Part shown: positions 7,186 to 14,904 of the stretch, piece by piece
Position numbering within the stretch: the first letter of the stretch is position 1
Layout of the letters: each line of letters opens with the position of its first letter
Source: Desulfurococcales archaeon
Lineage (GTDB): Archaea > Thermoproteota > Thermoprotei_A > Sulfolobales > WAQK01
NCBI GenBank assembly: GCA_027083135.1
Contig: JALWQH010000031.1
Location: 1 to 16,545 of the forward strand
Reading direction: 5' to 3'
DNA length: 16,545 nucleotides
Notes under the pieces: model-generated
Told to the model about the DNA's origin: nothing
Seen by the model: the letters and a program-made list of their open reading frames with translations, nothing else
The model's database searches: none
Position numbers and translations under genes: made by a program

Positions 7186-8535
7186 ATGGGTTCGGAGAAA
7201 CGCATAGTTATAATGGGTGCTGGAGGCAGGGATTTCCACAACTTTAACGTGGTGTTCAGGGATAATCCTGAGTACAGGGTTGTAGCGTTCACAGCCGCAC
7301 AGATACCTGGGATTCAGGGTAAACGGTATCCACGGGAGCTGGCTGGAGAACTCTATCCTTCAGGCATACCCATAGTCCCTGAAGAAGAGTTAGAGGAGCT
7401 TATACGCAGACACCATGTAGACGAGGTGGTTCTCTCCTACAGCGACCTGCTCTACAGCGATGTTGGGCACATGATGAGCAGGGCGCTTGCGGCAGGGGCA
7501 AGCTTCAGGGTTCTGAGCCCTCGTGAAACAATGCTTCAAAGCACACGGCCAGTGATAGCCGTTGTAGCCGCCCGTACAGGTGCTGGTAAGAGCACGGTTA
7601 GCAGAGCAGTAGTAAGAGAACTTCTAGCCAGGAAGCTGAAGCCAGTGCCTGTTAGGCATCCAATGGCATATGCTGGGAACCTAGCTGAGGCTGTGGTTCA
7701 GCGGTTCGAGAAGCCCGAGGATCTAGACCGCTACGGTGTGACCATAGAGGAGCGTGAGGAGTATGAGCAATATATACGTATGGGTCTAATAGTATATGCT
7801 GGAGTTGATTACGGCGAGATTCTGAGGAGAGCTGAGATGGAGGGGGACATAGTATTGTGGGATGGGGGAAACAATGACTGGCCATTCTTCGCACCCGACT
7901 ACACTATAACAGTTGCAGACGCTATGAGGCCAGGGCATGAAGCTTCAAGCTTCCCTGGAGAAGTGAATGTACGGATAGCTGACGCAATCATCATAAACAA
8001 GGCTGACCAGGCTAAGCCTCGCGCCATAAGGATGATTAAACGCAACGTGAGGCGCCTAAACCCCAAGGCGACGATAAGTGTAGCCAACAGCGAGGTAACA
8101 GTAGATAAGCCCGAGCTGGTCAGGAATAAGAGGGTACTAGTAATCGAGGACTCACCCACAGTGACGCATGGAGGACTGCCCTACGCTGCAGGCTATGCCG
8201 CTGCAACGAAGTTCAAGGCGGCGGAGATAATTGATCCTAGGCCATACGCTACGGGAATATTCACTGATCTCTACAGAGAATACAAGCATATGGGGCCAGT
8301 ACTGCCAAGCACCGGGTACACGGAGAAGCAGCTGAGAGACTTGGAGGAGACGATAAGGCGTGTCCCAGCCGACGCTGTAATCCTAGGCACGCCGAGCGAC
8401 ATAACCCGGCTCATAAAGATAGATAAACCCGTGGTAAGGGTTAGCTACGAGCTTAAAATAATAGAAGGGCCAAGCATAAAGGATATGATAGACAGATTCT
8501 TAGAGAAAGCATCCTATAAGATCAAGAAATATTAG
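7186..8535 (+). CDS. P-loop NTPase with an N-terminal Rossmann-like domain. I think it is related to the cyclic 2,3-diphosphoglycerate synthetase (cDPGS) family, but this is uncertain.
   Basis: RIVIMGAGGRDFHNF (Rossmann-like), VIAVVAARTGAGKSTVSRAV (Walker A), IVLWDGGNNDWPF, IIINKADQ (NKxD-like). Length 449 aa. The family assignment comes from memory of cDPGS architecture and is not a search result. Confidence 0.75.
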   Translation: MGSEKRIVIMGAGGRDFHNFNVVFRDNPEYRVVAFTAAQIPGIQGKRYPRELAGELYPSGIPIVPEEELEELIRRHHVDEVVLSYSDLLYSDVGHMMSRALAAGASFRVLSPRETMLQSTRPVIAVVAARTGAGKSTVSRAVVRELLARKLKPVPVRHPMAYAGNLAEAVVQRFEKPEDLDRYGVTIEEREEYEQYIRMGLIVYAGVDYGEILRRAEMEGDIVLWDGGNNDWPFFAPDYTITVADAMRPGHEASSFPGEVNVRIADAIIINKADQAKPRAIRMIKRNVRRLNPKATISVANSEVTVDKPELVRNKRVLVIEDSPTVTHGGLPYAAGYAAATKFKAAEIIDPRPYATGIFTDLYREYKHMGPVLPSTGYTEKQLRDLEETIRRVPADAVILGTPSDITRLIKIDKPVVRVSYELKIIEGPSIKDMIDRFLEKASYKIKKY

Positions 8536-8568
8536 TTTATTTAAGCGCCTATCATTGGCGCTTCTTTC

Positions 8569-10074
8569 TTAAAGACTTTTCTCAGCAGTGCTTCTACGTT
8601 CCAGTAATACTAGAATAGTGAGGCCGGCAAGCATTGATGCAGCGGCAACTATAGGTATTTCAGTATTCCTAGCCCTGGCAAGCAGCTTTCCACTCACATA
8701 TGCTGCGCATAACATCTGAGGGTAAACCCCGCTTACGGGGCGGGCCGTGAGAGGGAGGCTATACACAGTAGTGCTTGACGATATATCCGTAGTAGAGGCG
8801 GAGGTCTGCGAGACTGGTAGGGGGGCATCAGCTATGGTTAAGGAGGCCTGCCTCATAAACGAGCATCCAGGCACTTCGCCCACGCTATTCATCCGTATTA
8901 TTAATGGATCAGTGTTACCTGGCTCTGTTTCAAAGCCTCCATAAACGTATAGGCTTCCATGGCCGTCAGCGTATACCGTGTAGGCCCAGTCTTCCCCAGG
9001 TCCTCCGTAAACCCTATACCACTGCAGGGAGCCGTCAAGGGAGAACTTAGCCACTATTGTATCATTCTTATATTCAGCAGGGTTGACTGGAGCATAGCCC
9101 GTCAATACTATGCCTCCATCATCATATATGGCGTCCCAACCCTCATCATTGCCTGGTGTACCGATAGCCTTGCTCCACACGAGGCTTCCATTAGATCTGA
9201 ACAGCATGAGTAAGGCATCAGTGCCGCCTATCCCTGAGGCATCGGTCCTGCCTGCCACCGCTATCAGGCCTCCTGGAACAATATTAAGCCTGTATAATCT
9301 ATCAGCGGATGAGCTGCCTATTAGGCGGCTCCATATTATGCTGCCGTCAGTATAGTTCACAGCGCCTAGCCATGCTCCGGAACGCCAATTATAGCCTGCG
9401 GCAATCATCGTTGTCTCATTTATGAATTTCACCGACATTATCATAGGGCTCTGGGGAGCTATGCTATAGGCCCTGCTCCAAATAACTCCTCCATTTTCAT
9501 CGAGCTTTAGAAGCCATGTATAGTAGTTCCTGCTGGATAGGTCATAATATATGCCGCCTGCCACTATATTGCCGTCGGGGGCAACGGTAACCGAGGTGAG
9601 ATAGGAGTAATACTCGTTTGGCGTAGGGCTTATCCTCTCAAAAAACGCGACGCTTCCATTTGAGAGTATCCTAGCCACTACAGCCCTCCCGTATCCGTAA
9701 GATACAACTCCGGCAAATACTATGCTTCCATCATTGAGAATATCTTCGTCATATATTGTTATAGGGGAGGAGGAGTTATACACCCGTTGGCTTATAGGTG
9801 TGCCCAGAGGATCCAGGTAGGAGACCCATAACCCTCCATTATACTGTGTAGAATATGGGACACCGAAGGATTGCGTCGTTATTGCCAGCACAATGCGCCC
9901 GTCGGGAAGCACACGTGCCCTCCACGCGTAGTCGTTTCCACTGCCTCCCCTGATAATCTCCAGGAAGCATGGCTGAGGCGTGGAGGCCTGTCCTCGAAGA
10001 ACAGGTGCCTGGAGAAGAGCTGCCAGCACTAATAGCAGAGCTATTGCAGCTAGAGTTATAGTCCAGCTAAGCAT
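8569..10074 (-). CDS. secreted/cell-surface SBBP-type beta-propeller repeat protein with an N-terminal signal peptide, many N-glycosylation sequons and a C-terminal transmembrane anchor
   Basis: Repeated units fit the SBBP beta-propeller repeat: GGSGNDYAWRARVLPDGRIV, GTPGNDEGWDAIYDDGGIVLTGY, GGPGEDWAYTVYADGHGSLYVYG. The signal-peptide-like start is MLSWTITLAAIALLLVLAALLQA and the C-terminal anchor is IPIVAAASMLAGLTILVLL-ERR. The maximal ORF runs to 10221, but a strong TATA box lies inside that extension, so I favour the ATG at 10074. A start at 10176 (MRKTRPSAR...) is not excluded. Confidence 0.8.
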   Translation of the reverse strand: MLSWTITLAAIALLLVLAALLQAPVLRGQASTPQPCFLEIIRGGSGNDYAWRARVLPDGRIVLAITTQSFGVPYSTQYNGGLWVSYLDPLGTPISQRVYNSSSPITIYDEDILNDGSIVFAGVVSYGYGRAVVARILSNGSVAFFERISPTPNEYYSYLTSVTVAPDGNIVAGGIYYDLSSRNYYTWLLKLDENGGVIWSRAYSIAPQSPMIMSVKFINETTMIAAGYNWRSGAWLGAVNYTDGSIIWSRLIGSSSADRLYRLNIVPGGLIAVAGRTDASGIGGTDALLMLFRSNGSLVWSKAIGTPGNDEGWDAIYDDGGIVLTGYAPVNPAEYKNDTIVAKFSLDGSLQWYRVYGGPGEDWAYTVYADGHGSLYVYGGFETEPGNTDPLIIRMNSVGEVPGCSFMRQASLTIADAPLPVSQTSASTTDISSSTTVYSLPLTARPVSGVYPQMLCAAYVSGKLLARARNTEIPIVAAASMLAGLTILVLLERRSTAEKSL

Positions 10075-10120
10075 GCTTCTCCACACGTCTAGAGCACCCG
10101 CAGACCATATGGTGCGGCAG

Positions 10121-10133
10121 AAATTAATAAAAG
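10121..10133 (-). promoter_or_regulatory. TATA box (minus-strand CTTTTATTAATTT) about 50 nt upstream of the ATG at 10074
   Basis: Seen directly: minus-strand gttgCTTTTATTAATTTctgcc. Its position supports the internal start of the SBBP gene. Confidence 0.4.
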
Positions 10134-10143
10134 CAACGTGATT

Positions 10144-10160
10144 TAGTGCTCTAGCACTAG
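10144..10160. promoter_or_regulatory. inverted repeat TAGTGCT-ct-AGCACTA upstream of the SBBP-gene TATA box; the half-site GTGCTCTAG recurs inverted at 10089-10097
   Basis: Seen directly: ttTAGTGCTCTAGCACTAgg has 7-bp perfect arms. CTAGAGCAC at 10089-10097 is the reverse complement of GTGCTCTAG, so related sites flank the TATA box. Confidence 0.3.
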
Positions 10161-10387
10161 GCCGTGTTTTCCGCATAGAATTGACTTTCATAGGTCTGAA
10201 GCTCATAGGCATTGAATACACATAAGTTCACATACCTGCTCTGAGGAGCGGAATATTGCTTCAAGCCTAGGTAGACATAACTTAAATGCAGAACCCGCAA
10301 TGATGAAGCCTCTAGCGAAGCTAAAGCAGTGAAATCTTACGGCTCTGCGTCTTATTTCAAATATGATACAATTAGAGGAAGCGGCAA

Positions 10388-10397
10388 GTATATATCA
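10388..10397 (+). promoter_or_regulatory. TATA box (GTATATATCA) about 27-35 nt upstream of the nadE GTG, implying a leaderless mRNA
   Basis: Seen directly: gcaaGTATATATCAttaag, with the GTG start at 10423. Confidence 0.4.
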
Positions 10398-10422
10398 TTA
10401 AGAACCTAAGTGTTATCTGAAG

Positions 10423-11241
10423 GTGATAAGAGTGACGAGCAGGCATACACGTGTGCCTGAATACCTTCACATAGATGCCGCTGAGATTGCCGAGAGAATA
10501 TCAGCATGCATTAGGGGTAAGGTGAGAGAAGCTGGGGTTAAGGGAGTTGTTTTGGGGCTGAGCGGCGGAGTCGATTCTTCCGTAACCGCGGCTCTAGCCG
10601 TCAAGGCTCTGGGAGCAGAAAGAGTAAAGGTTCTAGTAATGCCCGACGTGGAGAGTAATCCTGAAGGCATCAGGGATGCGTACCGTGTTGCAGAGATCCT
10701 TGGCCTGAAGCCCATGCGTATAGATATAACTGGGATCATTGGCGCCTTTCTGGGAAGCCTTGGGGAAAGCTATATTGATGCGCCCCGGGTACCCAAGGGG
10801 AATCTGAAGGCGAGAGTTAGGATGGCGCTTCTCTACTATACTGCGAACCGTGAGGGAAGACTTGTGCTTGGAACAGGGGATAGAAGCGAGATTCTGATAG
10901 GATATTTTACCAAGTGGGGAGATGGAGCCGCAGATCTTCTCCCCCTAGGAGGATTATATAAGACCCAGGTTAGAATACTCGGCGAATATATAGGCATCCC
11001 TCCCGAAATAGCATGGAAGCCGAGCAGCCCGGACCTATGGCCGGGGCAGACGGCGGCAGGAGAGCTTGGACTAGACTATGATGATATAGATAGGGTTCTC
11101 TACCACATAGTTGACCTAGGGTTCACGGATAAGGAGGCCTCGGAGAAGACAGGCATACCTTTGAAACAAGTATCCAGGATAAGAGCAATGATGGAATCAT
11201 CGAGGCATAAGAGGGAGCCCCCGCAGCCATGCTTGGCCTAG
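10423..11241 (+). CDS. nadE: NH3-dependent NAD+ synthetase
   Basis: PP-loop motif VVLGLSGGVDSSV. NadE-specific motifs GTGDRSEILIGYFTKWGDGAADLLPLGGLYKTQVR (compare FTKYGDGG...LP in bacterial NadE). Length 272 aa. GTG start. Confidence 0.9.
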   Translation: MIRVTSRHTRVPEYLHIDAAEIAERISACIRGKVREAGVKGVVLGLSGGVDSSVTAALAVKALGAERVKVLVMPDVESNPEGIRDAYRVAEILGLKPMRIDITGIIGAFLGSLGESYIDAPRVPKGNLKARVRMALLYYTANREGRLVLGTGDRSEILIGYFTKWGDGAADLLPLGGLYKTQVRILGEYIGIPPEIAWKPSSPDLWPGQTAAGELGLDYDDIDRVLYHIVDLGFTDKEASEKTGIPLKQVSRIRAMMESSRHKREPPQPCLA

Positions 11242-11290
11242 CTGGCAGAAGAATCCTAAACCTTACGGAGCAGGACTCATATCATACGTG

Positions 11291-12331
11291 CTAAGAGCTG
11301 CCTGACTCCCGGCACCCCGTCCCTACGATGTGAGCCTCCACTGTATCGTTAACCAGTATTCCACTATTCTCCATGCTGTTAAGCGTTGAAGCATCACTTT
11401 CAACGTAATCTGTACGTAGAGTCCAGCCTGTTATTATGAGGGGTATCTTTACAATACGGTATGCCGAGTACACTATATGGTCGGAGGGGAGGCCTGTAGA
11501 GTTAAAGTAAAAGGTCGAATCAATGGGAATCCAGCGCCCGTTAATATAGGCCCGCACCCATGCATGAGGCCCTCCATTAACAACCCTGTATACAAAGTGG
11601 CCTCCTGCCGCACTACCCTCTAAAACATAGCCTGGAATCACCAGGAAGCCGAACTCGGTGTACGCAGGGATCCCGTCAGCCCTTAAGAGGGAGACCAGTA
11701 GATTAGATCTGTCATCACAGTCCCCCATTCTCTCCTCAAGCACCTCCCAGGGATGCCTCGCAGGAACCCTTGACCTATAGGCAACATTCTTGTCAAGCCA
11801 TGAGAGAATCCTGTAGAGATACACTGTCTTATTAGTGCCTGTGCCTGAGGATAAGGCTCTATAAGCCTCCCATACAAGGGGGTTAGAGTAGTTCCACAAC
11901 CCCGTGACATTGAGTGCGTTGGTAGGATTAATGGGAGGCTGCCAGCCGATCCTCCCAGAAGAGTTAAGCAGTATGATGTATCCTACAGTTATGTTAAGGA
12001 TACCGCCAGGCTTCACGTAGAGCTGGAGGGGCCTAACCCTGAGAGAGTAGTCCCCATCACTGCTTCTCTCCAGGGAATAATTAGCAGGTGTAGAGTTCCA
12101 GTATACTTCGATTTTCAATATATGCTGCCAGCCAGCCTTCTGCGGGTAATCGAAGTATAGGAGTTCAGGCATGGATGATATGTTAAGAGCCTTATTAGAG
12201 GTGTTTTTAACCATTGTCTCCTCTACAAGGAGCACCTTAATGCATGCTGCAGTTTTCCCTGTATCCTCTAAGACGGGGCGTGCTGCAGTTAAGACTAATA
12301 GAATAATAAGTACGCTGCAAGCCACAGCCAT
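11291..12331 (-). CDS. secreted/membrane-anchored transglutaminase-like (papain-fold cysteine protease-like) protein with an intact Cys-His-Asp triad, heavily N-glycosylated
   Basis: N-terminal hydrophobic segment VACSVLIILLVLTAA. Transglutaminase-core motifs GDCDDRSNLLVSLLRADGIPA (Cys), GGPHAWVRAY (His), RWIPIDST (Asp). About 11 N-x-S/T sequons. Confidence 0.85.
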   Translation of the reverse strand: MAVACSVLIILLVLTAARPVLEDTGKTAACIKVLLVEETMVKNTSNKALNISSMPELLYFDYPQKAGWQHILKIEVYWNSTPANYSLERSSDGDYSLRVRPLQLYVKPGGILNITVGYIILLNSSGRIGWQPPINPTNALNVTGLWNYSNPLVWEAYRALSSGTGTNKTVYLYRILSWLDKNVAYRSRVPARHPWEVLEERMGDCDDRSNLLVSLLRADGIPAYTEFGFLVIPGYVLEGSAAGGHFVYRVVNGGPHAWVRAYINGRWIPIDSTFYFNSTGLPSDHIVYSAYRIVKIPLIITGWTLRTDYVESDASTLNSMENSGILVNDTVEAHIVGTGCRESGSS

Positions 12332-12358
12332 ACGTTTAAACGTGACCGCTAATCCCCC

Positions 12359-12367
12359 CAGTAAAAA
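12359..12367 (-). promoter_or_regulatory. TATA-like element (minus-strand CCTTTTTAC) 28-36 nt upstream of the transglutaminase-like ATG, embedded in a C6/G6 inverted repeat
   Basis: Seen directly: the minus strand reads gtCCCCCTCCTTTTTACTGGGGGGa. The G/C arms, TCCCCC (12353-12358) with GGGGGA (12371-12376), can form a hairpin whose loop carries the T-tract, so it could be a terminator for the upstream ssb/PqqD-like unit, a promoter for the downstream gene, or both. Confidence 0.3.
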
Positions 12368-12408
12368 GGAGGGGGACCTGCTATATAGGGTTTAACGCGC
12401 CCTCCAGG

Positions 12409-12699
12409 CTACTCTGCAGCCTCTTCAAGCACGGCTAGACCCGTATCGAGAAGCTGTGACACTATGTATGCTACAGGCTCCTTCAGCTCATCAGCATCGA
12501 TGTCTGCATCCTGGCTTATCTTGCTCACCATTTCCTCAACCGTTGTCTTGCCGTCGCACATAGCCCACACGTAGAAAACCGCGGCTGAAAGCCCATATAT
12601 CTCTCCGTTCTCGTTAGCTACTGCCACATAGTTCTCCTGCTCGCCTAGCTCCTGGCCCTTCTTTAAAGGCCTCTTATCCTTTATTTCCTCGTAGTTCAA
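12409..12699 (-). CDS. PqqD-family / RiPP-recognition-element (RRE)-like small acidic protein, translationally coupled to ssb
   Basis: RPLKKGQELGEQENYVAVANENGEIYGLSAAVFYVWAMCDGKTTVEEMVSKISQDADIDADELKEPVAYIVSQLLDTGLAV follows the PqqD pattern (P.l..g.....dge.vll....geiy.LNetaa.iWelcDGkrTveEiv..l..ey.vd.ee...dv..fl..L.e.gl). Its TTG start overlaps the ssb stop (minus strand TAT-TGA / TTG-AAC, 4-nt overlap). Confidence 0.65.
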   Translation of the reverse strand: MNYEEIKDKRPLKKGQELGEQENYVAVANENGEIYGLSAAVFYVWAMCDGKTTVEEMVSKISQDADIDADELKEPVAYIVSQLLDTGLAVLEEAAE

Positions 12700-13133
12700 T
12701 ACCGGCGCCCCCTGCTCTGCCTGGGGTACCTGCCGTAGCCTGAGGATCTCCCGTATCCCCCACGCCTGTAATCCTCAGGGGCTGCAGGCGTTTCTTCAGG
12801 AATATCTTCGGGCTGCGGGACACTCTCATCAGACACCTCGGAGATATTGCCTCTAGCGCCAACGTTGAGCTGAACCTGGCCTCTATAAGCCGTGGTCCAC
12901 GCTCCCTCAACCTTTATGGCTTGTCCCTCCTCTACGCTTCCAGCCTGCTGGCCCCAGAGGGTCAGTTTGACCCGTCCAGTATCGTCTCCCACTATGGCTT
13001 CACTCAGAGTTCTAGGACCCCTACGGGTCTGCACGACACGTGGCTCCCGGGTGCTTATAACGCGGACCTCAACGGTCACATTGTTTTCCCCGGGCTTTAG
13101 CTCGGATATTTTCTTATGCTCGGATTCGGACAT
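12696..13133 (-). CDS. ssb: crenarchaeal single-OB-fold single-stranded DNA-binding protein with an RGG/Tyr-rich C-terminal tail
   Basis: [16 protein letters not shown]...[39 protein letters not shown]...[13 protein letters not shown] matches Sulfolobus SSB closely (as I recall it: ...[31 protein letters not shown]...). The tail is [27 protein letters not shown]. Confidence 0.9.
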   Translation of the reverse strand: [145 protein letters not shown]

Positions 13134-13182
13134 ATACGATCTACTCGCACGGATTTGTGTGTTTTGGAGGGTTGTCCCGCCT

Positions 13183-13191
13183 GTATTAAAG
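13183..13191 (-). promoter_or_regulatory. TATA-like element (minus-strand GCTTTAATAC) about 50 nt upstream of the ssb ATG
   Basis: Seen directly. It lies immediately after the stop of the GIY-YIG gene. Confidence 0.3.
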
Positions 13192-13192
13192 C

Positions 13193-13678
13193 TTATGCAT
13201 CACGTATCCCCATCCATAGTGTCTCAGGCTTTAAGCCTAGTGCCTCCATGAAGCATTTCTCCACAGCCTCTGCCAGGCTGGCGCCGATGACCTTGTAGAG
13301 GTGTGTCTTATCCCTAGGCTTATCGCTGCATCCGAATCCAGGGGGACCTGGCTCCAGTATGGTTCTACAGGCTGAGGCTAGGAGGGATTCAGCCTCTCTT
13401 TTCTCCGTACACAGATATGATATAAGGATCACTGATACTTCTGGAATGCTTGTCAGTCTATCTATGTGCCAGTGGATAGGCTTGCTTTTCCTTAAATGCC
13501 TCGTAATCCTCCCCCTAATTCCCCCGCCACCCATTGCTGAACCAACGTACACGTATATGCCTGGAGGCAGAAGCTTCTCTCTAAACCCATAGCGTATCCA
13601 TAGCTTCCCAGGCGTCTTTAAGGCGAGCAGATATACGCCCCTGCATCCCGGCAGCCTGCTAGTAGGCGTGGGCTTCAA
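13193..13678 (-). CDS. GIY-YIG nuclease superfamily protein of the archaeal DUF123 type
   Basis: GVYLLALK...GIYVYVGSAMGGGGIRGRITRHLRK...HWHIDRL matches the DUF123/GIY-YIG pattern (GvY.l...y..G.YvYvGSA...l..Ri.RHl...k..hWHIDyL). Confidence 0.8.
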   Translation of the reverse strand: MKPTPTSRLPGCRGVYLLALKTPGKLWIRYGFREKLLPPGIYVYVGSAMGGGGIRGRITRHLRKSKPIHWHIDRLTSIPEVSVILISYLCTEKREAESLLASACRTILEPGPPGFGCSDKPRDKTHLYKVIGASLAEAVEKCFMEALGLKPETLWMGIRDA

Positions 13679-13768
13679 TGCCGCGGCTCCTCCTTAAACA
13701 CATGGTTAATAATGCTTCATTTTTAATACCCTCCCAGCACCCTAATATTCTCCAGAGGAAGAACTGGA

Positions 13769-14902
13769 ATGTCAGAGATGCTGGCTAGGCTGGCAAGATT
13801 CAGCGAGATGCTGGCTGAGCCCTTCGTTGGCAGGGAGGAGGAGGCTAAGGTTATAACCCTAGGACTTCTAAGCAGGGAGCATGTCCTCCTGGTAGGCGAG
13901 CCCGGCACGGCTAAGAGCGCTATTGCACGCAGGGCGGCTGAACTCTTAGAGGCAAGGTTCTTCAAGTATCTTCTCACAAGGTTCACTGAGCCAAGCGAGC
14001 TTTTCGGCCCCCTTGACATAGAGGCGTTGAAGCATGGTAAGTATCGTAGGATCACGGCAGGCAAGCTCCCCGAGGCTGAGATAGCGTTTCTCGACGAGAT
14101 ATTCAACGCCAATTCAGCGATACTTAACTCTCTGCTAAGCATAATGCAGGAGAGAGTATTGTATGATGGATACGCTGAGCTCCGCGTGCCTCTCTGGAGC
14201 CTTATAGCAGCCTCAAACAGAATTCCCGATGAACCTGAGCTCGAAGCACTGTATGATAGGATGCTTCTGAGGCATAGAACTAAGCCTCTCTCGGAGAATA
14301 AGTGGGCTAAGCTGCTTGAAGCCTCATGGCGCATAGAGATGGGGGCTATACCCCCAGCCAGGCCCGTGCTCACACTGGATGATTTATCAGGGCTTCACAG
14401 ACTCCTCTTCAAGGTTGATTTATCTCAGGTGAAGCCTAAGCTCCTAAAACTATACGCGGTCTTAGAGGAGAGGGGGATTCATCTAACTGACAGGAGGAAG
14501 GGGAAAGCCCTGAAAATAATAGCTGCGCAAGCACTGCTTGAAGGCAGGATGACTGCCGAGGAATCCGACCTCCTGTCACTCAAGTATGTGGCGCCCCGGG
14601 ATGTCGAGGACTTCGATAAGGTTGAAATAATATTATCAGAGGAGCTGCGCACGCCTGAAAGATTCTTCAGGGAGCTGACTGAGATAGGGGAGAATGTACA
14701 GCAGGTTGCCAAGAGCATTAAGAGTATGGGAAGCTATGATCCAAGCCTCATCGATATTTATAGAAGCCTGAGAGCCGCGCGTAGCAGGGTCTCCCTGATC
14801 CTAAGAGAGACGGATGACATTGAGGTTAGACGTAAGGGCCTCGACGTTATAAGAAGCATAGACGAGATACTCGACGAGATAAGCAGGAGGCTGGGGATAT
14901 AG
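13769..14902 (+). CDS. MoxR-family AAA+ ATPase, RavA-like (short form)
   Basis: Walker A LLVGEPGTAKSAIARR (compare RavA LLGPPGIAKSLIARR). Walker B plus sensor IAFLDEIFNANSAILNSLLSIMQER (compare RavA VFLDEIWKAGPAILNTLL...ER). ATG at 13769 is preceded by AT-rich TATA-like tracts (TTTTTAATA at about 13720 and CTAATATT at about 13743). Confidence 0.9.
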   Translation: MSEMLARLARFSEMLAEPFVGREEEAKVITLGLLSREHVLLVGEPGTAKSAIARRAAELLEARFFKYLLTRFTEPSELFGPLDIEALKHGKYRRITAGKLPEAEIAFLDEIFNANSAILNSLLSIMQERVLYDGYAELRVPLWSLIAASNRIPDEPELEALYDRMLLRHRTKPLSENKWAKLLEASWRIEMGAIPPARPVLTLDDLSGLHRLLFKVDLSQVKPKLLKLYAVLEERGIHLTDRRKGKALKIIAAQALLEGRMTAEESDLLSLKYVAPRDVEDFDKVEIILSEELRTPERFFRELTEIGENVQQVAKSIKSMGSYDPSLIDIYRSLRAARSRVSLILRETDDIEVRRKGLDVIRSIDEILDEISRRLGI

Positions 14903-14904
14903 CG

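Noticed and set aside
10075-10221. N-terminal 49-aa extension of the 550-aa SBBP ORF
   Set aside because: A canonical TATA box lies inside it about 50 nt upstream of the internal ATG, and the extension precedes an otherwise normal signal peptide. It is probably untranslated promoter sequence. The M16 start at 10176 remains a minor possibility.
10295-10350. Perfect C box (ATGATGA at 10301-10307) with a possible terminal stem CGCA/TGCG, suggesting a second C/D sRNA upstream of nadE
   Set aside because: There is no CUGA D box before the 3' stem arm (the sequence there is GCUC/CUCU), and D' and C' are badly degenerate. Without the D-box GA dinucleotide the k-turn cannot form. Low priority, could be rechecked with snoscan.
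11291-12699. Possible split lasso-peptide B1 (PqqD-like) / B2 (transglutaminase-like protease) pair, with the nearby PP-loop protein (10423..11241) as an Asn-synthetase-like cyclase
   Set aside because: The transglutaminase-like protein has an N-terminal membrane/signal segment and about 11 N-glycosylation sequons, so it is extracellular, unlike cytoplasmic B2 proteases. The PP-loop protein is a 272-aa NadE with the NadE-specific FTKWGDG...LP motif, not a 500-600-aa AsnB-like cyclase. No precursor-peptide ORF is visible. The PqqD-like gene is instead coupled to ssb.
12674-13251. ORFs 12674..12910 (-) and 12892..13251 (+) overlapping ssb, and 13116..13298 (+) overlapping the ssb promoter and GIY-YIG end
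   Set aside because: ssb is unambiguous. These are off-frame or antisense artefacts (Arg/Pro/Gly- or Ser/Thr-rich).
13723-14373. 216-aa minus-strand ORF antisense to the MoxR gene
   Set aside because: Ser/Leu-rich low-complexity translation, fully contained within a well-supported AAA+ gene. A typical antisense artefact.
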